This document shows positions 54,701 through 64,000 of a stretch of 64,000 nt of DNA, piece by piece (position 1 is the first letter of the stretch; every line of letters starts with the position of its first letter). A program made the position numbers and the translations under genes. Origin of the DNA: Selaginella moellendorffii (lineage: Eukaryota; Plantae; Lycopodiophyta); contig NW_003314285.1 of the NCBI RefSeq assembly GCF_000143415.4, positions 709,370 through 773,369 of the forward strand, written 5' to 3'. The notes under the pieces were generated by a model that was not told where the DNA came from, did no database searches, and saw nothing but the letters and a program-made list of their open reading frames with translations.

Positions 54701-56422
54701 TTACCCGTTTGTAGCGAAGCGATTGGGCTAATAATTCCAGCCTGAAGTCTAAACAAAGATTAGCTCAAAGGACACAGAAAATACAAGAAAAGTAAACTAC
54801 CTGCGTCTTTGATCCCAAGAAAAATATGTTCGACACTTACTCCAACAAGAGTACAAGAAGGTGACTCATCCACCTGTAAGAAATGATCTTTTATTCTAGT
54901 CAGGTGATCTCTTTAGAAATAAAATCCCCCTAGCTCACCATAGCATTTGTCGGATGTACGTCTCCACGATTCAAGCAGACATAGAACCCGGTCATAAACC
55001 TTAGCAGCGCTCTCAATCCTAAAATACCGGATTTTACAGCAAAAAGGATTAGGAAACTATTGAAACAATTACCTGGTTCACTTAACGCTGGACAGACAGC
55101 TTCCGGTATTAAGAGTTGAACCTCCAGTCCCAGAGGATTGTTTTGCTCTGTCCGGTGCATTGTGATCTTTCATAAGAAGAAAACGTTGGTAAATATTTAG
55201 CAGCACCAAAGATTAGAAACTTACATACGCCGTGCCAGAAATGTTGTCAAGGAAACGCTCTCCCCCGAAAAACAATCTTTTAGCTCCATCGGCATCTTTA
55301 CTTCCGCTGGAAAGCCGCTCATCAGCAAACATGTCAGGATGGGGAAGAAGGTCCACGGAGAAGGATCGCCATTCTAGCTTCTGCAACATACAACACAGCA
55401 AAATAAGTCTATTCATCATCGGTAAAGCTTGTAGCATAAAAACCTTGAAAACGAAGATACTTTTCTTGTCAGAGGAGAAGTTCCTAGCTTCCCTGAGATT
55501 AACAACCTTCGGCAGTGACAAACGAAACAGAACTAAATGTAAATGAGCATTCATTGAAACACAAACAATGCTCTTACCTCCCAATGCTCATTGGTCGTGT
55601 ATAAACTAAGACCTCTCATTGTAATAGCTGCTAGCGGTGGTGTCCTTCACAGCAAACAACAATAAAAACTTTCAAGCATAAGCTGGAAGAGATAGCAAAA
55701 ACCATACCATGCAGCTCCTCCACGAGAACCACCTCGTGTTTCTATCATAAGGTTCACTGTGCCAACTTGGATCGTCATTCCATCGGCAATCTGCGACCAA
55801 GATGAAAAAGAAGTAAAAAATAAACATAAACAGTTAAAACGGTGAAGATTTTCGCGTCTACCTGATCAGCGAATCCATAACTGGTACTCTTTGCAGAACT
55901 GTTAGTTTGGATTCTACGCAAAACCAAAAACGAGTAAGTTAGCAGTAAAAAAGAAAAAAGAGAGAGAGAGTAGCGCACCCGGCAACAGGATCACAAGCCT
56001 CGGCATCCGACTTTTCAGCAAGAACTAGATCCAGTTTGTCAATGTCCACAACAATCGGTTCGATCTTGACGTTAGAGATGTAAGGGATCTGGAGCAAGAA
56101 CAGGAAAAAATCCCCTTCCATTATCTAATGCAGGAAGGAAATGCCGGCTTACAGTGAGCTCCAATTTGCCGACTCTCGCTTGAGCGACAAAGAGCGACGG
56201 CGGCAATCCCAGAGTGGAATGCAGAACGGCGCCATCGACATCTGCGTGATCTCTAGGTTGATTGATTCTTGATTGACAATCGAAGAGAAAGCGATATAGC
56301 AATTGCATACCTAGATTGTGGAGCTGGACGGATCGGCCCTGGAGCTTGAATTGATCCCGAGTGAAGGAGCGCAGCCAGTACTTGAGCTTGGACTCGAGCG
56401 CCCTTGCGAGAAGGGACTCCAT
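51721..56422 (-). CDS. Chorein-N bridge-like lipid transfer protein (BLTP3/UHRF1BP1-like)
   Basis: MESLLARALESKLKYWLRSFTRDQFKLQG, KLEWRSFSVDLLPHPDMF, KRLFFGGERFL, LIPEAVCPALSEPG. Confidence 0.8.
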
Positions 56423-56539
56423 TTAGCGAGCCAAGCCCTAATCACCATTGTGAAGGAATGCGAATGTTACTATTTGAAATAGAGTATGATATGGTTTAAA
56501 GATTAGACATTATTTTCTTTCTATAACTTAGGTGGAGTA

Positions 56540-57247
56540 CTACAAGAGCATTCGAGCCTTCTCGTGATCCAGCTCCTTGATTGCATCCGCATAGATTGTC
56601 ATGCGAACAATCGCATATGTATCCTTGTTGAAGTTGCGATCGGCCAGCTCCCCGGCCAGATCCATGGCCGCCTTGCGAGCATCTTGTGCGGTGTGAAAGT
56701 ACTTGTCGATGATCCCGGCCTCGAATGCCTGACGAGCAGTGAGCCTGGGACTGAGAAGAAAGGCATCGCGATAAGCTCTCGGGGTGAGCTTGAGCCTGGC
56801 CAGAGTGAAAGATCCCGGCGGCGAAACGTAGCCTGGAACCATGCTCATGGAGTTGCTCCTCAGCGGCGTCATGATCCAGAAGCCGCGATCGTTTCTCATG
56901 TACTGGTAGTCATGAGCCATCGAGATTGAGGTCCTTGCGCCACAAACATGGCCGCAGACGCAAGAGATTGTTGGAACTTTGAGCGTCATGAACGCCAAGA
57001 CGACCTTTTCCATCTCAAGCACCAGATCTGGGAGGCGTTTAGGCGGATCTTCCTTGGCCCATTGCAGGTCCAGGCCGTTGCTGAAGAAGTTGCCGTCATT
57101 TGTTGTCACCAGAGCTCTTGCATCAGAGTCTTGCACCACTTTTAGAGCTTCAAGTATGTCATTAAGAAGATTGGGATTCAACCAGTGCTCGCCATCGCCA
57201 ACTAGCCTGAGAACTGCAACTTGTCCTTGCCTCTCCAAGCTACACAT
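56540..57247 (-). CDS. Enoyl-CoA delta isomerase-like crotonase-fold protein, intronless
   Basis: MCSLE, EHWLNP, FFSNGLDL, AHDYQYMRNDRGF. Confidence 0.85.
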   Translation of the reverse strand: MCSLERQGQVAVLRLVGDGEHWLNPNLLNDILEALKVVQDSDARALVTTNDGNFFSNGLDLQWAKEDPPKRLPDLVLEMEKVVLAFMTLKVPTISCVCGHVCGARTSISMAHDYQYMRNDRGFWIMTPLRSNSMSMVPGYVSPPGSFTLARLKLTPRAYRDAFLLSPRLTARQAFEAGIIDKYFHTAQDARKAAMDLAGELADRNFNKDTYAIVRMTIYADAIKELDHEKARMLL

Positions 57248-57454
57248 TTGACAAAACCCAGTGGGTTTTTTCTGGCAATTTGTAGAAGTTTTAGATCTTA
57301 GAAATATAAAACATATGTCAAGCTAGATGTCAAGTTGAAATTAGGAGAAAAAAATTGTTGCAGAACTTCATATGACTGAGAGGTGAGCCAACATTTGAAA
57401 ATGTGCCATGATTGAAGAGTAGCATGGATATCCTTTGTCTCCCAGAAGATACGG

Positions 57455-57456
<2 letters not shown>

Positions 57457-57493
<37 letters not shown>
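57457..57493. repeat. (CT)n microsatellite
   Basis: Directly visible. Confidence 0.95.
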
Positions 57494-57495
<2 letters not shown>

Positions 57496-57774
57496 TTAAC
57501 AATCTCAAAAGTTGTACTTTTGCTGATTCTATACCTCTCCAATAGCGAGATAAACTTTGATTGACCTAGCAAGCAAGTAAGCTATTGAATATCTACTTCA
57601 CTCATCCAAAGATTCTCATCCAGTACTCATCATCAAAGTACTAGAACCAAGTTGGCTTGATCCGTCCGATATTTTTCGTTCACTAAACCCTGTTTCTACC
57701 CTTTTATTAAATTTTAAAACTCAAAACAATTCCAGTTTATTATAGAACACAATACATTTCCCAAACACATCAAA

Positions 57775-58878
57775 TCAAATCATGATAAATGGATGATTGC
57801 CGCATTTGGATCCCAATGGCAAGATGAGGGTGGCTTCTGGATGTAGAAACCAGGTCCCTTGGAATGGTTCACCATTCAGCAGCGGATTGTCAAGTCCATG
57901 GTAGCGTCCTGTGACATATGACCAGCGAAGATTTCCAGATGCCACACAAGGGTACCATGTTGCATACTCCACCAGATCTTTGTCCCCAGTTTCCTCGCCC
58001 AGCTTCATCAGCTTCTGTTGGAGTAGCAAGATCTCGGCTTCGGTCTCCTGGATCATTTCGCATACCTTGTCCACAGTCGCTTGAAAGCTTGCATTATCCG
58101 GGCTGTGGCAAAAGATGACACAGAGATAGTTGTGGAAGCGCTTGGTTTTCAGCTCGTGTCGGAAGGAAAGGAGATCATTGACAAGAACGACGTGATCAAT
58201 CACTGCCTTGACAAAGGCTACGAAGTCTGGGGATTCCACCACACTCTTATGCAACTTGAGATCCATGCAAAACTCACACATAATGCCTCCGGATGCTTCC
58301 ATAAAGATTGTCTCTCTCCGGAGCAGCCGGTACTTCTCGAGGCTTGGAATGGATTTGGCAATTCGCAAAGAGGCCTCCTCCACCACAGAATCCAGATAAT
58401 TTCTCAGGCAATTCATGTAGCGAGCAAACAGTGGGGGATCCATGAGACTCCGAAAGCTCGACATCACTTCCTCAAACATGGCGTGGCTAGGATGCTTCTC
58501 CTTCTCTTTTTCACTTAAGACATAGCTTCCCTCAGCAACTTCAAGAAGAATATCAATAGCTTTTTTTCCCTCTTGCTCACTAAAAGTCTCGGCAATGTCA
58601 TCTAAAACAAACATAGTCCATGTATGCTTTGATGAAAGTTCCCCTTTGCTGCTCTCCCCTCTTGGAATAGTCATTGGGCTATACAAGCTAAGTCTTCCCT
58701 GAAGAGCTTTCTTTCTCTCATATGGATCAGTGATACTCAAAATTCTAAGAGCCCATGCATCAGTATCTTTGGATATCCTAGTAAAATCAGGATGGCATTC
58801 AAAGGGAATGGTACAAGGGATGAATGGCAAATCGAACTTGCAAACTCTTGACAATTTTTCAGCCAAAACATCTTCCAT
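57775..58878 (-). CDS. MTPSL: Microbial terpene synthase-like protein (MTPSL; resembles Selaginella MTPSL26-type as recalled)
   Basis: DDIAE, NDLLSFRHE, WSYVTGRY. Intronless, 367 aa. Paralog of 34990-36099. Confidence 0.92.
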   Translation of the reverse strand: MEDVLAEKLSRVCKFDLPFIPCTIPFECHPDFTRISKDTDAWALRILSITDPYERKKALQGRLSLYSPMTIPRGESSKGELSSKHTWTMFVLDDIAETFSEQEGKKAIDILLEVAEGSYVLSEKEKEKHPSHAMFEEVMSSFRSLMDPPLFARYMNCLRNYLDSVVEEASLRIAKSIPSLEKYRLLRRETIFMEASGGIMCEFCMDLKLHKSVVESPDFVAFVKAVIDHVVLVNDLLSFRHELKTKRFHNYLCVIFCHSPDNASFQATVDKVCEMIQETEAEILLLQQKLMKLGEETGDKDLVEYATWYPCVASGNLRWSYVTGRYHGLDNPLLNGEPFQGTWFLHPEATLILPLGSKCGNHPFIMI

Positions 58879-59289
58879 CTCTCAGCTACAAAAGTGATGA
58901 ATGAACCTTCTTTGAAGCTTTATATATTGGAAAAAAAAAAAGCATGATAGGATTAAGAAAAATCAATTGGTTGGCTAGAGGTACACCATAGTTTGATATC
59001 TACCAATGTTCTTCCCATTCATAACCGTCCGCATGTTTTACTTTGTTAGAGAAATCAGATTTCAATTTGGTCCCATTGGTCCATTGGGCTCCACATGTTG
59101 AGATTGAATCATACATATATCCAACTCAATTGGAATAGGTACATAGTTCCTTTTGATCTTAACAATGAACTGTTGCTTTAACAATGAATTATTCAATGGT
59201 ACAATTTCAAGTTTAGGATCATGAGGGACAGATCCAAGGTTTTATTTGCTCCTGCTATACTAAACTCAAGGGTAAATTGTCAACACCAC

Positions 59290-60210
59290 ATGTTAAAATT
59301 AACATTTAATAATTTAATTGGTCTAAGAATCCACTATATATTTAAGTTTAACATCTGGCAGATTGATATTTAAAGGTGTAGTTTAGTTGGCTAGACCATA
59401 TGTTATATTGATATCTAGCAATCTAGTTTATTCCTACTAAGCTAAACTTAAGGAGTAGGGTGTCAATATCATATATTGAAATTCACATATAGCAATCTAA
59501 CTTGGTTTAGGTTTAGGTTGATTGACTAAGGAAATCATATTATGTATTCAGATTGACATTTAGCAATTTAATTTGCTTTATGTTCCATGTTATAATTGAC
59601 ATTTAGTAATCTAATNNNNNNNNNNNNNNNNNNNNNNNNNNNNNNNNNNNNNNNNNNNNNNNNNNNNNNNNNNNNNNNNNNNNNNNNNNNNNNNNNNNNN
59701 NNNNNNNNNNNNNNNTAGTGGGCTACAAAAATCAACTATATATTAAAATTGATATTTAAAGGTCTAGTTTAGTGGGCTAGACCATATGTTATTATGCATA
59801 TCAAATTCATATATAGCAATCTAACTTGATCTAGATTTAGATTGATTGACTAAGGAACATATTGAGATTGATATTTGGTAGTTTAATTCTCCTTATATTC
59901 CATGTTGTGATTGACATTTAGTAGTTCAATTTAGTTTAGTGATCTAGTTTTGTCTAGGTTGTTGGGTTATAAAAATCACACTACTTGTTAAAACTAATAT
60001 TTGGTGGTTTAATTTTGTTTAGATTAGTTGGCTAGGCCATATCTTAAGATTGTGGTCTAGTTTATTCTTGGTATGCTAAACCTAAGTGATAAAATATTAA
60101 TATAACATGTTGAAATTGATATGTAGCAATTTAGTTTGATCTAGGTTAGGTGGTTAAAGGAATCACATTACATATTAAAATTGACATTTAGCAATATAGT
60201 TTAATTTACC
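59290..60210. repeat. Degenerate AT-rich tandem repeat spanning an assembly gap
   Basis: Recurrent attgacatttag / ttagttggctagaccatat / agcaatcta units (e.g. 59380, 59768, 60022). Confidence 0.7.
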
Positions 60211-60489
60211 AATTTGCTCCTGATTGGGTTATACTGTAAAGATAGGATGTCAAAAACAAAAGAATTGTGGCTTTTACCTTTCATTCAGGAATGTGTAATG
60301 AAATATAAAAGACTGTAAGCTTTTAAGAGTCTAAGATCTCAACTTTTAGTCACAAAGGTGTGAACTTGCATAGAAATGTAATGGATTGTAAGCTTTAAAA
60401 GTCTCAACTCATGAGGTGTGAACTTACAAGGAAGTATAATAGATCATAAATAACTCAAAGGAATAGTTTGAGAGATAATTTATTAGGAT

Positions 60490-60670
60490 TCAAATATAGA
60501 GGCAAAAGAAATAACTTAAAAAACAATGTATTGGTTCAAATATAGAGATAAAGGGCCACTTTTAATTAGTTAAGGGTTTGAAAATACTTGGGTTAAATGT
60601 TCTTGAGTTTAAATAATATTAGGATGGGTGACCCCCCAAAAGTCTAAAGTCAGGAGTTTTTATGGAAACT
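60490..60670 (+). mobile_element. Gypsy leader fragment related to 15660-15830
   Basis: Shared aaggg...ttaaat...aataata...aagtctaaa block. Confidence 0.5.
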
Positions 60671-62979
60671 CTTAGTTCCACAATCTAGCATCAAAGAGAT
60701 ATTATAAGAAATAGTTTATTAAATACTAAATACAAATAAAGAGATTCACTTATTAATAAAGCTAAAAAGCTAGAGTTAGTGATTTAAGACTTGAAATTTT
60801 TGTGACTAATTTATAATGTAAAATAAAATCTACTAGCTCAAGATTTATATTTTCCAAATTAGATGAATACATGATATATTTTTTTAAAATAAATATTCAA
60901 TATTATTGTTTAAAGTTATAAGGGCAATTTTATAAAATTAAAACTTTTCATAATTTTTAAGTTGTTTGTAAGATAATATGTGTGGATGAAATTCCAAAAG
61001 AGAAAAAATGTAACAAAATAATTAATTTCAAAAACTTTAAGAAAAAAATTAAATAATTTATAAATTTATTAAAATTTACAAAAATCATTATATTATGATA
61101 ATTAATGTAATTTAAAATTACTGCATAGCATTTGTAATCTATACTATTCACAATATTACTGTTTGTGGGCTTGTGACAAGTTAACAATCCTCAAATAATA
61201 TTCTAATCAAGTTTTGAGATTTCTAGTGGCATCTTTGACACTCTCTTATACCAAGTATAAGTACAATAACCTTTGATTGATCTTACAAATAAAAAATTTA
61301 CTAAAATTAATTTCAAATCAAGAATAAAACATAACCAGCAATGTTATTTCTTAAATCATAAAGCTTTATGGACTTGAATTTTCTTTTGACTTGATAGAAA
61401 GCGCATGGGAAGCTTTCCTAACAAGCAACTTTTCCATTAACAAAAATCCTGATTGACTTCTTCTATATTTTTTTCACCCCATCTGAAACTTTCTTCTATC
61501 AGCAATATTCATTCAATTATTTGCAATGGAAGCTCTGTCAAAAGAAAATCTTCCTAATAAAACATATCATCAGGAGAAAAGGATCATGATGGGCATTTTT
61601 CCATCCCACCAGGAAAAAAAAATTTAGCCATCAAGAAATATTTCAACCTAACTGGAGAATTTCCAATGAGAAGAGGAAATTTTCTTGTTCTAACATATTG
61701 TTAAAGGTTTCATTCCATTAGGGAATGACTATTTGATGTGGCCAATTTGGCTTGCCACATCATAACATCTAATCAAAACAAATCCATCGGGAAGAACCTA
61801 TTGGAATCTCCTATTTAATAAAAATATAAAGTGAACAAACCTGAATCCAAATGTAATCTAGTGTGGCAGTCCATCTAGGAATATTCTAGTAAAAAACTCC
61901 CATTGGATTAAGAATGTGCTAGAATATACGTTTTACCCGGTAAAAAAAAAAGGAGATTCTACCAAATATTTTCCATTCTATATTCATTCTTAGCATTACA
62001 TATGATTTGCCATACTGATTACAATGCAAAATTTCCTCTACAGGTTAAAGTGATGACACTGAATACAACTAATTACATTACATGAATTTCAAATATAATC
62101 AAACTCCAGAAATATAAAATGCTAGAACATTAACACACTCGAACGCAAACGCAAACCCAAACAACTCAAACTCTAGATTTTAGAATATCCTATATGCTAT
62201 TGACATGTTTGTGTATGTAGGTGATTAGGTTCTGAAAGTGCCACCTTGGTCACATATTCAGAGGGATATATCTACATGCAAAGATTACATCGAAATGTGT
62301 GAACCACCACCTGCCTTCCTCGGTCCATATGCCCACAATCCTGTGCAGCACACAAAACGAGTTAGAGGAGAGGGGGAGGGAAGAGAAAACTCACTGCTCT
62401 GCTACATACTCCCACCACACGGGGACTTACTGCTACACCTTAGATTGGTAGGCAAGGTATCAGATTTCAGCAAAAGATCAAAGGGCGCAGAAGAAGGATT
62501 TTGACTCAATGGTTATGGAACACCTCGGATGAATGGAGCGTATTGGGGATTGCTGTGATGGGATATAGGGAAGGCGTCGATGATGCCAAAGTTATAAGCT
62601 GGCTCTTGCAATGCAGTTCTTGAAGAGCAAAAATACTTTCCATATAGTCATTTTCACTGCCCGAATTGTCTTCCAGCTCTCGAGCGCCTCGCGGCGCCGA
62701 CTCCAGCGGCGACGACGACGATCGCAGCATCGGCGCAATCGATTTCTTTGCCCGCTCGGCTTCTTCCGGCAAGCGCGCAAACATTGCAGGCGATCTGGGC
62801 GATGGCGGCGACGGCATCGATACGAGGTTGCTGCTAGCGCAAGCTCAACGAGCTCCGGGACGACGAACGCGCACAATATTCTGTGGTGAGAAATCTTTGG
62901 ATTGCTCTTACTTTTCTCTGGAGCTAAGCTGGATTTTTAGTGGAAACGCCTCACATTCTTCTCACTCCTTTTTTCCAGA

Positions 62980-63494
62980 ACTTGCTTCAACGTCCAAGGA
63001 AAGATATCGGGAGAGGTTGATTGGTGAGCTTTTGGTTTTCTGTGTTTTATTTTTCCTGCCTGTCATTTGCGTTTCTCTTCTCAAGCGCTTGGACGTGATC
63101 AACGTCGAGATCACGTCGAGAAAGCTGCCGACTACGTAAGAACTTCGACGGTTGTTTTGGAAGCATTCCCGGAGGAGCTGGACAGAGTAAGCCATGAAAC
63201 TTTTAGACACATTGAGCGCTCTTTCTTGACTAATGTTTTCCGCGACCACGCAGTCTTTTGCTGCGCTGGGGCTATTGCTATCGCCGGTGCGCATCATCAC
63301 ATTGACAAGGGCTGGTGTCTTTGCGAGCGCCATTAAGTTAAGTCCGGTCATGAGTTTGCATCTTCTTGGTCCTTTCTAAAATGCGAATTCTTAAAGTCTG
63401 CTACTCGTGGTGGGTGCTTTCGAGTCTAGTGATGCTCGACCGTGTGGACTGGATCGATAAACAGAAGCTCAAAACATTCATTCTCGAGTGCCAA
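62980..63494 (+). pseudogene. Rab geranylgeranyltransferase beta subunit (RGTB) pseudogene fragments
   Basis: [80 protein letters not shown], with deletions and a frameshift. Confidence 0.8.
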
Positions 63495-63695
63495 TATACT
63501 CTCACTGTCGAGGCATTTAAATTTCACCTCTTACAAACATGTGGATTGTGTCCCGTTTTGATTCAACCGCTTGTGAAAAGTCCCGTCCTTTCCGATCTTA
63601 TCCAGACGCCACGCCTCGTGCATATTTGGTAAATGATAAAGTCTTCGCACTTTGTATCGATTGCAACGTGAACTTCATGGTAACCTTTGTGTGAT

Positions 63696-64000
63696 CTAAT
63701 AGACCTCCACATGCCACTGTCGGTTTTTCTTCAGTTTCGCAAGTTTGCCACGCCAATCTTCTCCCATCCGCCTTGCAACCTCTTCGAACACCGCTTCCAC
63801 TCCCACCAGCATGTCTTTGCGGCCGCAAAAGTAGATATGGCTGCCTCCATCCAGAAGCTTGAAGATCTCTTCTCCATGCTCCTCCATTCTGTCTTGCACG
63901 TAAAATCTCCCACCCCTCTTATTGCAGCTTTCCCTGCTCAAAGCAGTGTCATATCTAAAGCTCAAAGGGCGATCTCTTGCATATCTCTCAAACTCTTCAT
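63696..64000 (-). CDS. FNR: 3' end of a ferredoxin-NADP+ reductase (root-type-like), runs off the window
   Basis: ALSRE, YVQDRMEE, HIYFCG, KKNRQWHVEVY*. Confidence 0.85.
   Translation of the reverse strand, partial: EEFERYARDRPLSFRYDTALSRESCNKRGGRFYVQDRMEEHGEEIFKLLDGGSHIYFCGRKDMLVGVEAVFEEVARRMGEDWRGKLAKLKKNRQWHVEVY

Noticed and set aside
62962-63351. 129-aa minus-strand ORF
   Set aside because: Antisense to recognisable RGTB fragments on the plus strand.

Overview
This is eukaryotic plant nuclear DNA, most likely the lycophyte Selaginella. That is inferred from the very short introns (about 50-70 bp), tiny intergenic gaps, PLS-PPR expansion and microbial-type terpene synthase (MTPSL) genes. 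There are two 100-N gaps (16618-16717, 59616-59715). The compact housekeeping backbone holds ABCI17/STAR1, Cu/Zn-SOD, DEG2-like protease, TauE, CCT3, FKBP20-1, SMC5, an LRR gene, tRNA-iMet, HIPP, RMC1/Mic1 with a twin-CX9C upstream ORF, a PMT methyltransferase, a BLTP3/chorein-N gene and an FNR 3' end. Accessory, mostly intronless genes are interleaved with it: (i) four genes (one pseudogene) for secreted proteins with an unrecognised N-terminal domain fused to a bulb-type lectin, two of them extremely AT-rich; (ii) a glutamate-cysteine ligase homolog with a remodelled acceptor pocket; (iii) two intact MTPSL genes plus one pseudogene; (iv) a crotonase-fold enzyme lacking the usual catalytic Glu. 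Degraded Ty3/gypsy remnants and an inverted pair of solo LTRs occupy about 9.4-20.4 kb. Family assignments and reference residues come from recalled consensus sequences, not database searches, and intron-containing gene boundaries were read by eye.
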